Positions 18,924 through 29,210 of a stretch of 64,000 nt of DNA are shown piece by piece. The notes below the pieces were generated by a model that was not told the origin of the DNA, searched no databases, and saw only the letters and a program-made list of their open reading frames with translations. The stretch is from Minisyncoccia bacterium (GTDB lineage Bacteria; Patescibacteriota; Minisyncoccia; Phycocordibacterales; UBA2100): contig JBAQUX010000009.1 in the NCBI GenBank assembly GCA_049297775.1, positions 38,432 through 102,431 of the forward strand, written 5' to 3'. Position numbers and translations under genes: made by a program. Numbering within the stretch: position 1 is the first letter of the stretch; the number at the start of each line of letters is the position of its first letter.

Positions 18924-19763
18924 TTATATTTTTTCAGCCCATTTTTTTGGATCACCGATAAACGCAAGGACCTCCGCGTGTACATCTGGATGTGACACGA
19001 AAATTGTCCTCCCGTGTTCACTACACAAATCTTTAATATTTCCTTCCCATAATTTCCATATACCATCATTGCATACACTTATCGCGCCACATCCTGCACG
19101 AACCATATACAATCCTGCTGCATAATCGTAAGACTTTAATCCATATGTTAAAAACGCATCAATTCTATTTGCTGCAACATACGCAAGCTCCAACGCAGTC
19201 GAGCCATATGTACCTGATTTTCCATACTTCATGCCAAGCGCAGAAAGTAACGCATAACACGCAGGGCGCATCCATGACTCACTTTTTCCCCTCCCAATAG
19301 AAATCGCAAAGCGTCCCCCGAGAGATTCGGCAGTGAGCGTGCACACATGCTCGTTTTCGCCTACAGCACTACCTTCCAGAGACGTAAACATCTGCCGCGT
19401 AATTGGATTATAAATAATACCGAATGACCCCTCATCTGTAGATCCAAGCCGGGCGACTGAAATACCACAAAATGGTATTTTACGGAGAAAGTTATCGGTG
19501 CCATCAATCGGGTCGATATGCCACACATATCCAGAAGTACCTGCATGTGTACCATGCTCCTCTCCTCGAATTTCATCCCCAGGAAAATGCTCCCGTACAA
19601 AACTGAGGAGCATTGTTTCAATGTTGGTATCTATCTCTGTAACAACACTCCCATCATTTTTTTGTTCGTGCTGTTTGTTGTTTGAATCAAAATAAGTGCG
19701 CGCGATGTTGCCAGAGTCAACAATTAACGCAAGGAGTGCATTGTATTTCTGGTAAAAATCCAT
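18924..19763 (-). CDS. Inositol monophosphatase family protein (SuhB/CysQ-like)
   Basis: VWHIDPIDGTDNFLRKIPFCGISVA (WxDPxDGTxxF IMPase signature); EE..G metal-binding region near N-terminus; 279 aa. Confidence 0.8.
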   Translation of the reverse strand: MDFYQKYNALLALIVDSGNIARTYFDSNNKQHEQKNDGSVVTEIDTNIETMLLSFVREHFPGDEIRGEEHGTHAGTSGYVWHIDPIDGTDNFLRKIPFCGISVARLGSTDEGSFGIIYNPITRQMFTSLEGSAVGENEHVCTLTAESLGGRFAISIGRGKSESWMRPACYALLSALGMKYGKSGTYGSTALELAYVAANRIDAFLTYGLKSYDYAAGLYMVRAGCGAISVCNDGIWKLWEGNIKDLCSEHGRTIFVSHPDVHAEVLAFIGDPKKWAEKI

Positions 19764-19807
19764 ACTGCATCATAGCACTCTCAGTGTTTTTTATGTATGC
19801 TGTCCCC

Positions 19808-20989
19808 ATGAAGGTTTTATCTATCGAAACAAGCTGTGATGAGTCGGGGATTGCGATTGTTGAAGTAACGCAAGGTGTCCCGCACCAAATCACTGTATTG
19901 AGTAACCAACTGACATCACAGGCATCACTTCACGCAGAGTACGGCGGTGTGTTTCCAACACTTGCGAAGCGAGAACATACTCGAGCTCTGGTACCACTAT
20001 TGCAACAAGCTCTAAAGGAAGCAGGCATGCTCATCCCTACACGTACCAGACCCGGGCAAGAAGTCATAGCCCCACTGGTTACATTACTCGCTCGCGAGCA
20101 AGAATTATTTGTGCACCTGACAATGTTTCTTGCAGAGTACGAAAAACCTTCCATTGATGCAATCGCGGTTACCTTTGGTCCAGGGCTTGAACCTGCACTC
20201 TGGGTTGGTATTAATTTTGCAAAAGCACTTTCGATTGTGTGGAATATCCCAATTATTCCAGTAAATCATATGGAGGGACACATTTATGCTGCACTTGTCC
20301 AAGAGACAAAACCGCACACATTTACGCTCCAGGACCCACACTTCCCCGCCATAGCATTTCTTATCTCCGGTGGACACACAGAACTTGTGCTCACCACAGC
20401 GCTTGGAACCTACGAATTATTAGGCGCAACACGTGACGATGCCGTAGGTGAAGCATTTGATAAAACAGCACGACTCTTAGGCTTGCCGTACCCCGGCGGT
20501 CCGGAGGTAAGCAAACTTGCCCAGCAGGCGCGTGAAGAAAAGTTGGAGCAGCCGTTTTCTCTACCGCGCCCGATGATTACATCACCTGACTTAGCATTCT
20601 CATTCTCAGGACTAAAAACTGCAGTACTCAGACTTACCCAAGAACTTGGTTCATTGTCTCTGATACAGAAAAAACAAATCGCACGAGAAATTGAAGATGC
20701 CATTGCAGAAGTACTCACCGCAAAAGCACGAAAAGCACTTGAACAAACTGGGGCCCGCACCCTCATTGTAAGTGGCGGTGTTTCAGCTAACACAACAATC
20801 ATTACATCACTTACCGCAATGCTTCATACACACATACCAGATGTGACCTTACTTGTATCGCCACGAGCACTCGCAACTGATAACGGCCTCATGATTGCAT
20901 TTGCAAGTTCAGCAAAGGTTCTCTCAGGTACATTTACCAACCCTGATTCTATTCAGGCAGATGGTAACGCATCTCTCGCTACGCACTAA
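19808..20989 (+). CDS. tsaD: tRNA N6-adenosine threonylcarbamoyltransferase TsaD (Kae1/YgjD family)
   Basis: Start trimmed to ATG 19808 (MKVLSIETSCDESGIAIVE, canonical TsaD N-terminus). HMEGHIYA and GGVSAN motifs present; ~390 aa with an insertion. Confidence 0.85.
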   Translation: MKVLSIETSCDESGIAIVEVTQGVPHQITVLSNQLTSQASLHAEYGGVFPTLAKREHTRALVPLLQQALKEAGMLIPTRTRPGQEVIAPLVTLLAREQELFVHLTMFLAEYEKPSIDAIAVTFGPGLEPALWVGINFAKALSIVWNIPIIPVNHMEGHIYAALVQETKPHTFTLQDPHFPAIAFLISGGHTELVLTTALGTYELLGATRDDAVGEAFDKTARLLGLPYPGGPEVSKLAQQAREEKLEQPFSLPRPMITSPDLAFSFSGLKTAVLRLTQELGSLSLIQKKQIAREIEDAIAEVLTAKARKALEQTGARTLIVSGGVSANTTIITSLTAMLHTHIPDVTLLVSPRALATDNGLMIAFASSAKVLSGTFTNPDSIQADGNASLATH

Positions 20990-22412
20990 AACCATGTGCT
21001 CGGAGCACATCCATGAGTGTTTCGGCAGACGCTGGCATAGAGGTAAACGCATCAGAAGTTATCTGTGATTCAATATTCTTAAATCTCTGAGGGCGCTCAG
21101 GTACATGCCCGCCCAACGCTTCTTTTATAGTATGTTCGAATTTTACCGGCAGTGCAGTCTCCATGCAGAGCATAGGGATACCTACACCACCATCAAAGTG
21201 TGTAAGCGCGACACCCACACCATCTGCAGTATGTGGATCGAGCACTTTGCCTGAACGCTCATAGATATGACGAATCGTCGCGATTCGTTCAGCATGTGAT
21301 GAACTGCCACTTCTAAATCCTAACGAAGCAAGTGCGTTCGGGGCAACACCAAATGCTTGTAAATCTACAAGTTTTTCTGTTTCAAAAATATGCATATATC
21401 GGGCAGTCTTTTCTGCGTCACGCCCAAGAATGTCAAAAACGAGACGTTCATAATTTGATGCTTTCGAAATGTCCATTGAAGGGCTGGAAGTAATTTGCGC
21501 AGGAGTGAGTGAATATACACCCGTCGTAAATACCCGATGCAGAACCGCATTTTCATTTGTTGCAACAATAAGATTGCGTATGGGAAGTCCTAATTGTTTT
21601 GCATAATATGCAGAAAGCACATTACCAAAATTTCCACTCGGAACCGCAACATCAATTACATCACCTATGTGACGCACTGCCTGAAGGTATCCCGCGACAT
21701 AATATGGTATCTGACTACAAATACGTGCAAAGTTAATTGAGTTCACTGCACCAAGGTGGGCAAATTCAGGAATATTTTTTATTGACTTAACTAGGTCTTG
21801 GCAATCGTCGAAACGACCATCTACGGAAACATTGAGTACGTTCCCTCCGGAAAGTGCACCCATCTGTGCTTTTTGAAATGCACTCATACCAATCTGAGGA
21901 CTGAGCATGCAAATCTGAATCCCGTTCAATCCTTTCAACGCAGCTTCTGCTGCCGAGCCTGTGTCTCCCGAAGTCGCGCCGAGAATAGAGAGTGTCTTGC
22001 CCTGCTCATGGAGCACATATTCCATTTCTCGTCCTATCATTTGCATGGCCATATCTTTAAATGATGCCGTCGGACCGAGAGATAGGTTTTGTATATAAAA
22101 ATTTCTTTGTATTTCGGTAAGCGGTGTAACCACACCCACTTTATCTTGTTGAAACGTTTCCATGGCGTATGCTTTTGCCGTCATTTCATCAAGCACATCA
22201 TCCGGGATACCTCCGCCAACGAACAATTTTTTTACGCGAGCCACAACAACTGGATATGGTGCACCATCAATAGAACGGAGAAACGATTCATCAATTTTTG
22301 GATACAGTGCCGGAACATACAGCCCGCCATCAGGCGCAAGACCTTGTAAAAGCACCTCCGTATATGTGTGCTCACTTTGTGCTACATCGCGCGTTGAGAC
22401 AAGAGTGGTCAT
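20979..22412 (-). CDS. thrC: Threonine synthase (long form)
   Basis: N-terminal QGLAPDGGLYVP like E. coli ThrC QGLGKNQGLFFP; PLP-fold motifs (GNFGN, SGDTG); 477 aa. Confidence 0.85.
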   Translation of the reverse strand: MTTLVSTRDVAQSEHTYTEVLLQGLAPDGGLYVPALYPKIDESFLRSIDGAPYPVVVARVKKLFVGGGIPDDVLDEMTAKAYAMETFQQDKVGVVTPLTEIQRNFYIQNLSLGPTASFKDMAMQMIGREMEYVLHEQGKTLSILGATSGDTGSAAEAALKGLNGIQICMLSPQIGMSAFQKAQMGALSGGNVLNVSVDGRFDDCQDLVKSIKNIPEFAHLGAVNSINFARICSQIPYYVAGYLQAVRHIGDVIDVAVPSGNFGNVLSAYYAKQLGLPIRNLIVATNENAVLHRVFTTGVYSLTPAQITSSPSMDISKASNYERLVFDILGRDAEKTARYMHIFETEKLVDLQAFGVAPNALASLGFRSGSSSHAERIATIRHIYERSGKVLDPHTADGVGVALTHFDGGVGIPMLCMETALPVKFEHTIKEALGGHVPERPQRFKNIESQITSDAFTSMPASAETLMDVLRAHGFSA

Positions 22413-22417
22413 AAGGA

Positions 22418-23089
22418 TTAGTTTTTAATTTTCTTTTCAATTTCTGAAAGCAACTCATCGACTGTTAAAGAATATATACGCTCTGCCCTCAACGTCACGT
22501 GCGCAAGCCTCTCGTATTTGTGCATGCGAGTCGCAAGCAGTTGTGGATATGAGCGTCGCAGTGATTGCTCAATCGTCTCACCAATCTCTGCAGTAAAAGA
22601 ATCACCCCAGATGACAGGTTTTTGCACTTTAAAGTACCGCTCAACGAGCTCTGCAACACTTTTTTCTGAGACCGCGAGATGCACAACACAGGAGTGCTCA
22701 CGAAGTAACTGTAGTGTCGTCTGTGGAAGATGTACGACACTTCCGGTAGTATCGAGTATGGCACTCCCTTCACGAGTATCAAGAATTGATTCGCGGGTAT
22801 ATTTGTCTTCAAGTGCAAGATATACTTCTGAATTTTTTTCATAGCTCTCACTCCCTGGGTAGCCAAGCCACTCCGCCATTGTATCCATATTCTCTAAATG
22901 AAGTTCACTCTGGATAGCTTCATCAATATGATGCCACAGAAAACCACCCTTGTTTCGTAGCATTTTTGCTCGCGTACTCTTACCAGCATTCGACATACCC
23001 ACAAATGAGAGTTTCAAGTTTCCTTCCCGACGTGCCTCTTGAAACGTTTTTCGTGTATACATACCATCTATAGTATCAAATGCTGACAC
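22418..23089 (-). CDS. P-loop NTPase, small kinase-like (AAA_33 / shikimate-kinase-like fold); function unknown
   Basis: Walker A GMSNAGKST near N-terminus, ~220 aa; no further specific motif recognised. Confidence 0.4.
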   Translation of the reverse strand: MSAFDTIDGMYTRKTFQEARREGNLKLSFVGMSNAGKSTRAKMLRNKGGFLWHHIDEAIQSELHLENMDTMAEWLGYPGSESYEKNSEVYLALEDKYTRESILDTREGSAILDTTGSVVHLPQTTLQLLREHSCVVHLAVSEKSVAELVERYFKVQKPVIWGDSFTAEIGETIEQSLRRSYPQLLATRMHKYERLAHVTLRAERIYSLTVDELLSEIEKKIKN

Positions 23090-23155
23090 GATACCAAAGT
23101 ACCGTCATGACTCTCCCGCTATGAATTGCGGGGTGACTTATGCTAGTATTTTCAT

Positions 23156-25318
23156 ATGAACCCTGAAAAAACATTCCCAGAAATACCAGAACAGTTTTTA
23201 AAGCCGTACAATGCTGCAGAACACGAAAAGTCTATCTATGAGATGTGGGAAAAGAGTGGCTATTTCAATCCAGATAATTTACCGAACAAAAACGGTGAAC
23301 CGTTCACCATTATTATGCCCCCACCAAATGCAAACGGCTCACTACATGCCGGTCATGCATTGTTCGTAACGTTGCAAGACATCATGATTCGTTTCGCGCG
23401 CATGCAGGGTAAGCGCGCACTGTGGCTTCCTGGTGCTGACCATGCCGGATTTGAAACGCAAGTAGTATACGAAAAGCAACTTGAAAAAGAAGGACGTTCA
23501 CGATTTGAAATGACTCCAGAAGCACTCTATAAAGAAATTCTTGATTTCACTTTATCAAAAAAATCTTTCATGGAGGGTCAACTACGCGAGCTCGGTGCAT
23601 CGTGTGATTGGTCACGTGAAATGTTTACACTTGATGAGCGTGTCGTAAAAACTGTATACGGAACATTTAAACAGCTTAAAGATGATGGGCTACTCTATCG
23701 TGGCGCACGTATTGTGAACTGGTGTCCAAAACACCAAACGTCACTGTCTAATTTAGAGACCGAACGCATCGATAGAACAGATAACTTTTTTTATTTTCAA
23801 TACGGGCCATTCGTTATTGGTACTGCTCGCCCCGAGACAAAATTTGGTGATAAATACGTAGTCATGCACCCGGACGATGCTCGCTATAGTGCCTACTCTC
23901 ATGGAGACACGATGACCGTTGAGTGGATCAATGGTCCCATTACCGCCACAGTTATTAAAGATACAGCGATTGATATGTCTTTTGGTACTGGCGTCATGAC
24001 CATAACCCCATGGCATGATAGTACCGACTTTGAAATTGCTAAACGTCACAACCTTCCCTACGAACAAGTAATAGACTGGCGTGGAAAATTGCTTCCAATA
24101 GCAGGTGAATTTGCGGGAATGAGTATTACCGAGGCGCGCATTAAAATTGTTGAAAAATTAAAGAGTAAAGGACTTCTTGTTAAAGTTGATGAGAAATACG
24201 CACACGAAGTTCCTGTATGCTATAAGTGTTCACGCGAAATTGAACCACAGGTACGTCCTCAATGGTTCATTAAAATGCAGCCACTTGCAGACAAAGCCCT
24301 TGAGGCGGTAAAGGATGGGAGAACAAAGATTCTTACTGAACAACACGAAAAGGTGTTTACGCATTGGCTTACCAACATCCAAGACTGGAACATATCACGT
24401 CAAGTGGTCTGGGGAATCCCGATACCCGCAAAACTATGTGACACCTGCAATGACGGCTTCGTTGATATAGAAAATACACTCACTCAGTGTCCAAACTGCT
24501 CACATGCACTGCGTAAAGACCCAGATTCATTCGATACTTGGTTCTCATCAGGTCAGTGGCCGTTCGCAACACTGCAGTATCCAGATCACTCTGATTTTAA
24601 AAACTTTTACCCGACGACGGTGATGGAGACTGGGGCTGATATTCTATTCTTCTGGGTTGCGCGCATGATTATGCTTGGTCTCTACCGCACGGGCGAAGTG
24701 CCATTTAAATATGTGTATTTGCATGGCATGGTACGTGATGCCAAAGGTCAAAAGATGAGTAAATCAAAAGGTAACGTCATATCTCCTCTTGAGGTATCGA
24801 ATGAGTACGGCACAGACTCACTTCGTATGGGACTCGTCGTAGGCAACACTCCAGGTACAGATTTAAATCTTGACCCACGTAAAACAAGTGCCTACAAAAA
24901 ATTTGGAAACAAGATGTGGAATATCACACGATTTGTACTCTCGTCTATTGATAAGGCAGATATACGTACCCAGCCGCCACTTACTGAGCGCGACACAGCG
25001 CTACTTGCAGACTTGCAAGTAGCAATCAAAGACATCACGAGCGATCTCGAGAACTTCCGCTTCCATCTCGCGTCTGAGAAAATTTATCATTACGCATGGC
25101 ACACTTTTGCAGACAGCATACTAGAGGAAAGTAAACCGCTCATAGAAGGCACTGATGCGTCTGCGAAGCTTTCCCGCCAATGGTTGCTCAATCATATCCT
25201 TGTTGCAATTTTGAAGATGTTGCATCCATTCATGCCTTTTGTCACGGAAACAATCTGGCAAGCGCTCCCTCAAAAGGAATCTCCGATGCTCATGGTGGCG
25301 ACATGGCCCCACGCATAG
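23156..25318 (+). CDS. valS: Valine--tRNA ligase (short form lacking C-terminal coiled-coil)
   Basis: HIGH region PPPNANGSLHAGHAL (ValRS-type), CP1 editing-domain-like insert, KMSKS as KMSKSKGN; 720 aa. Confidence 0.85.
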   Translation: MNPEKTFPEIPEQFLKPYNAAEHEKSIYEMWEKSGYFNPDNLPNKNGEPFTIIMPPPNANGSLHAGHALFVTLQDIMIRFARMQGKRALWLPGADHAGFETQVVYEKQLEKEGRSRFEMTPEALYKEILDFTLSKKSFMEGQLRELGASCDWSREMFTLDERVVKTVYGTFKQLKDDGLLYRGARIVNWCPKHQTSLSNLETERIDRTDNFFYFQYGPFVIGTARPETKFGDKYVVMHPDDARYSAYSHGDTMTVEWINGPITATVIKDTAIDMSFGTGVMTITPWHDSTDFEIAKRHNLPYEQVIDWRGKLLPIAGEFAGMSITEARIKIVEKLKSKGLLVKVDEKYAHEVPVCYKCSREIEPQVRPQWFIKMQPLADKALEAVKDGRTKILTEQHEKVFTHWLTNIQDWNISRQVVWGIPIPAKLCDTCNDGFVDIENTLTQCPNCSHALRKDPDSFDTWFSSGQWPFATLQYPDHSDFKNFYPTTVMETGADILFFWVARMIMLGLYRTGEVPFKYVYLHGMVRDAKGQKMSKSKGNVISPLEVSNEYGTDSLRMGLVVGNTPGTDLNLDPRKTSAYKKFGNKMWNITRFVLSSIDKADIRTQPPLTERDTALLADLQVAIKDITSDLENFRFHLASEKIYHYAWHTFADSILEESKPLIEGTDASAKLSRQWLLNHILVAILKMLHPFMPFVTETIWQALPQKESPMLMVATWPHA

Positions 25319-25335
25319 ACCTGCGCACAATTCAC

Positions 25336-25368
25336 ATAACTATATTCATTTCCAAATGATATAGTTAT
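25336..25368. promoter_or_regulatory. 10-bp perfect inverted repeat ataactatat-N13-atatagttat located 7 nt upstream of the ATG of the 25375 gene; candidate operator or 5'-UTR hairpin
   Basis: Read directly: ataactatat (25336-45) ... atatagttat (25359-68); flanked by direct ttcacat(a/g) repeats; AT-rich -10-like tatatt inside. Confidence 0.35.
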
Positions 25369-25374
25369 ATTCAC

Positions 25375-26775
25375 ATGAGCGAAACTCCCAAAACAGGTGT
25401 AGTGCTTGAGTTCGTGAGAAAGGGCGACCCGAAACAACTCGATCCAAATAATCCATTTCATGCGGGCGCATTGCGCGACAGAGAAGCACAGAAACGCGCA
25501 GAAGAGAGAGCAGAGTATTATGCTGAAAATCCTGATTACATAGATTACGCAATCTTCACACCCGAAGAGCGTAGATTAGTTGAGGCTGCCGACAAAAAAG
25601 CAGGGGCGTTTATCGACATGCTCGCACGTGCGGTCGATGCGCAAGTAATAGAAAAAATTGTATATGACACCTCTGCACAACACCCTGCGCTTTCGTATGC
25701 GCAACTTTCTGAAAAACTTTCAGAGACATCGTTTGAAGCACTTAATGTGCGGCCAGCTCAACTAGCGCCCGAGGTGGTACGTTATTTAATGCCATTACTT
25801 ACCTTTTCTGCAAAGATTACAACGCTCGAGGAGGCGCGTGACGCACTCAAGGACCGAGACCAAGAAGCGCGAAAAAAATACCCGCAAAAATATCTTACGG
25901 TTGAAGAACTATTAAGCGTTCCCTTCCCTCCGGATTACTCGTATATGGGTAGCGAATTTAACAAACCTCCTTCTGAAGAGGAAGTATTACAAAGGCAACT
26001 CCAAGAAATACGATGTCACCCCACTGATGCGGTTATTTCGATTGTTCGCGGACTTCAAGACGGCAGTTACGTCGGTGCAGAACCAAGACTTCTCGCAGCG
26101 AGCATGGTCTTTCAAGAGCGAGTCGGAAAAGTACTAAGTATTACCCCTGACGTACGTACTTCACTTGCAGAAAAAGTACGCTGGCAAATTTTTGATGGAG
26201 AGCAATCAGCACATAGACAACTCCGTACAGCAAATACCATCATTACACAATCTGCCCGCTATACTCGTCACAGAGACACACTTTACACAAAGACCCCCGA
26301 AGTATTGAGCCCACAATACACGAGTGCATTTGATAGAAATTCGCGCGCGCTCTTCCTGACGAATGGCCTAGGAGACACCCTGGGCGTACTCACCATACAC
26401 ACCGTGCACTATGAGAATCCTCCCTTTATTGCACTCCAGCACTGGGAAGTACCAAAAGAGCATCGCACTCGTGAACTCACCATCTCGTTTGTACGTACAC
26501 TCGCAGAACTTATCAGTACGCTAAAAAGTGTAGATGGTAAAGACCCTATCATTTCCTTCTCATGCCCCGCGAGAGAGCGAACATTGGTACGACTGCTCTC
26601 GAAGTTTGCGACGCGAGACTCTCGCCCGTTACGCTATATGAAGTCATTCTCAACTCCCATAACTCAAGATGTTATTTTTAAAACATCAAAATCACAACTC
26701 CTAGAATTCCTCCACATACTCATGCGAGAACCAGTTCCGAGAACCGTAATTCCCTACACAAAAAAACCTGAGTAA
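25375..26775 (+). CDS. Hypothetical protein (466 aa), no recognisable domain
   Basis: Complete ORF, acidic N-terminal third, no catalytic motif recognised; followed closely by PrsW-like and Hsp20 genes on the same strand. Confidence 0.4.
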   Translation: MSETPKTGVVLEFVRKGDPKQLDPNNPFHAGALRDREAQKRAEERAEYYAENPDYIDYAIFTPEERRLVEAADKKAGAFIDMLARAVDAQVIEKIVYDTSAQHPALSYAQLSEKLSETSFEALNVRPAQLAPEVVRYLMPLLTFSAKITTLEEARDALKDRDQEARKKYPQKYLTVEELLSVPFPPDYSYMGSEFNKPPSEEEVLQRQLQEIRCHPTDAVISIVRGLQDGSYVGAEPRLLAASMVFQERVGKVLSITPDVRTSLAEKVRWQIFDGEQSAHRQLRTANTIITQSARYTRHRDTLYTKTPEVLSPQYTSAFDRNSRALFLTNGLGDTLGVLTIHTVHYENPPFIALQHWEVPKEHRTRELTISFVRTLAELISTLKSVDGKDPIISFSCPARERTLVRLLSKFATRDSRPLRYMKSFSTPITQDVIFKTSKSQLLEFLHILMREPVPRTVIPYTKKPE

Positions 26776-26831
26776 CCCGCATACTGGAAAAAACCCTTTT
26801 AAATAGTGACTTTTTTGAGTACACTGTATCT

Positions 26832-27542
26832 GTGGTATTCGAAACTTCATCAATTGTACTTGCACTTCTCTTGGGTTTTGTCCCAGCACTCTTTTGGCTT
26901 TGGTTTTGGCTACAAGAAGAACGTACTGAGCCAGAACCGCGCACCGCAATTGCGCTCACCTTTTTTACTGGCATGTGTGTGGTACTTATGGTTATCCCTA
27001 TGGAAAAGGCCGCTGAGAGTATGGGGATCACTGGTGCGGCACTTATTGCAGTATGGGCGTTCATTGAAGAAATTGGTAAATTCGTTGGCGCATATATCGC
27101 AGTACTCAAAACAAAACTTATTAGTAAGCCTATCGACCCACTCCTGTATATGATTACTGCCGCGCTCGGCTTTGCTGCACTTGAGAACACGATGTTTCTA
27201 ATGAATCCCCTTTCAGGAAATACTCTTTCTGAAACAATTATTACCAGTAATTTCCGCTTCCTTGGCGCAACGTTACTACACGTGCTCTGCTCTGCCGCAA
27301 TTGGTGTTGTACTCGCATTATCGTATTGTGAGTGCGGTGAGCGAAAATGGATAAATACCGGATTAGGACTTATCCTCGCTGGAACTTTGCATGCTTTGTT
27401 TAATTTTTTTATACTTGGCTCAGTAGGTTTAGGAATCCTCAAAGTATTCGGATGTGTGTGGCTCGGTATTATCTGTATCCTCCTCGCATTTGAATACATA
27501 AAGAAACGCCCACACACGTGCCCAGTATCATTAACTAATTAA
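26832..27542 (+). CDS. PrsW-family intramembrane metalloprotease-like protein
   Basis: Multi-TM protein with FIEEIGKF (EExxK motif), LENTMFL, and TLLHVLCSAAIG His motif, as in PrsW/CPBP-type proteases. Confidence 0.5.
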   Translation: MVFETSSIVLALLLGFVPALFWLWFWLQEERTEPEPRTAIALTFFTGMCVVLMVIPMEKAAESMGITGAALIAVWAFIEEIGKFVGAYIAVLKTKLISKPIDPLLYMITAALGFAALENTMFLMNPLSGNTLSETIITSNFRFLGATLLHVLCSAAIGVVLALSYCECGERKWINTGLGLILAGTLHALFNFFILGSVGLGILKVFGCVWLGIICILLAFEYIKKRPHTCPVSLTN

Positions 27543-27548
27543 ATTATC

Positions 27549-28010
27549 ATGCCAAAACCATCATTCTTTCAAAGACTCACTGGCTCAGTAAATGTTGAGG
27601 AGTACGAGAACGACTCATATGACGAGACAGAGGACGATAAAGGTGCGTACGTACCGCATTATGACGACACGCCAACAGGTAGTGAGCTTCGTGTGGATGT
27701 ATACCAAACAAACGACTCAATCGTGCTCCGCGCATTTACTCCTGGTGTACCTCCGAGCAATGTAGAACTATCACTTACTCGTGACATGCTCACCATAAAT
27801 GCAAAGCGTGACGATTCAAAAGAAGCACCGGAAGAAAACTACTTTACGCGAGAGCTCGATTGGGACCCGCTACAGAGAACAGTACTCCTCCCATCTGAAG
27901 TTGATATTGATTTAGCTGAGGCGACCGAGCAACACGGCGTACTTACTATTCGCATGCCAAAAATGAACAAAGACCGCGAGACAAAAGTGAAAGTACGAAG
28001 TAATCGATAA
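27549..28010 (+). CDS. Hsp20/alpha-crystallin family small heat-shock protein
   Basis: Alpha-crystallin domain: VDVYQTNDSIVLRAFTPGV...LSLTRDMLTINAKRDD...FTRELDWDPLQRTVLLPSEVDIDLAEATEQHGVLTIRMPK. Confidence 0.85.
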   Translation: MPKPSFFQRLTGSVNVEEYENDSYDETEDDKGAYVPHYDDTPTGSELRVDVYQTNDSIVLRAFTPGVPPSNVELSLTRDMLTINAKRDDSKEAPEENYFTRELDWDPLQRTVLLPSEVDIDLAEATEQHGVLTIRMPKMNKDRETKVKVRSNR

Positions 28011-28011
28011 T

Positions 28012-28566
28012 CTAAAGACTCTTTGTTTTTTCAATCATCGTTTCAATTTCGCCTGTTTGTGTGAGTGTGTCCATTTTTTCTAGCGGTATCCATTGCATGG
28101 CAACTGCTGAATGTTCTTCTTTGTGCGGAGGTTCGAATGGCACAGACACAATAAAACGTACATCAAAATGCTCATGCTCACCTTCGCCTTTCGATGGACG
28201 CAGAGGAATAACATGGTGTCCGATATCAAAAATATCTGTACTCATTAATTTCCCCGTAAGTCCACACTCTTCAAGTACTTCGCGAAGCGCCACTGCATAT
28301 ACATCAGTATCTGGTGGGTCAATATGTCCCCCAAGTTGCACCCATTTATCTACCCCACGGTGATGCATCATCAATACATGCTTCTTATCTGGAGAAACAA
28401 CCCACGCAGAAATAGTAACGTGTCCGGGATGCATATGCGACCGTTTCCAAAAATCATCTGGATACTCGTTAAGAAATGTAAGAAACAATTGCGCGGTTTC
28501 AGATTTACTCGGCGAGCATGTTTTCTGATATGACCGGAGTAGAGAAATAAGCTGTGCTGAGTTCAT
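28012..28566 (-). CDS. NUDIX hydrolase
   Basis: Nudix box GGHIDPPDTDVYAVALREVLEECGL (G..E...REVLEECG). Confidence 0.75.
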   Translation of the reverse strand: MNSAQLISLLRSYQKTCSPSKSETAQLFLTFLNEYPDDFWKRSHMHPGHVTISAWVVSPDKKHVLMMHHRGVDKWVQLGGHIDPPDTDVYAVALREVLEECGLTGKLMSTDIFDIGHHVIPLRPSKGEGEHEHFDVRFIVSVPFEPPHKEEHSAVAMQWIPLEKMDTLTQTGEIETMIEKTKSL

Positions 28567-28568
28567 AT

Positions 28569-28817
28569 TTACCAGTAAAAATAGTTCACCACACCAAACG
28601 CCGTAATACCTGTAAAGACGACAGTATTAAGAAACATTCCCCACTGACCCACAGATTTCCATGCCTTATATGATGAGTACAGCCAAAACGGTTGCGCAAG
28701 AAGATTTGAAACTAGTCCGTAGCCGGGCATTTTTAACGCAATGAGTAAGGCACCGCCGAGAGTAAAGAGTGGCAGAAGGAATTGTGATAGGGTGTTAAAT
28801 GTTTCGCTTGTGCGCAT
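28569..28817 (-). CDS. Small hypothetical membrane protein (82 aa, 2-3 TM)
   Basis: Hydrophobic throughout; translationally adjacent to the NUDIX gene (2-nt gap). Confidence 0.35.
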   Translation of the reverse strand: MRTSETFNTLSQFLLPLFTLGGALLIALKMPGYGLVSNLLAQPFWLYSSYKAWKSVGQWGMFLNTVVFTGITAFGVVNYFYW

Positions 28818-29134
28818 GACACAAAGGTACCATATAACTCACTTTTGGTTATACCATTTTTAATACGACGACAGAGGCTATCCGCACTACATAACCAGAC
28901 ACCCACTACACAAAACGCCCCTATATGGGGCAGGTTATTATATGATGCTGAGACCTTTGCTCTTTTTTGTAAAACTGTTGACTCATTTTCAAAAAACCGG
29001 CCCTCGCTATTTTTGCCTTTCGCTCTGCTCAAACAAAAATATAGCTCCGGACTTCGAGCCCGGACGTATTCGTGTGCCACGCGAATACGTCGCTCCACTA
29101 CACAAAACGCCCCTGGTGGGGGCGTGTTGTGTAG

Positions 29135-29210
29135 TGGTGCTCAGACCCGGGCTCGAACCGGGGACCCTTCCCTCTTCAGGGGAATGCTCTACCAACTGAG
29201 CTATCTGAGC
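29135..29210 (-). tRNA. tRNA-Phe (anticodon GAA), 76 nt, CCA encoded
   Basis: Reverse complement GCTCAGATAGCTCAGTTGGTAGAGCATTCCCCTGAAGAGGGAAGGGTCCCCGGTTCGAGCCCGGGTCTGAGCACCA; canonical D-arm, anticodon loop CTGAAGA gives GAA. Confidence 0.9.

Noticed and set aside
29040-29060. Additional tRNA or tRNA pseudogene on the plus strand (ttcgagcccgg T-arm-like sequence)
   Set aside because: There is only an 11-nt T-loop-like match flanked by AT-rich sequence. No acceptor, D or anticodon arms can be built, so it is treated as part of the structured repeat region.
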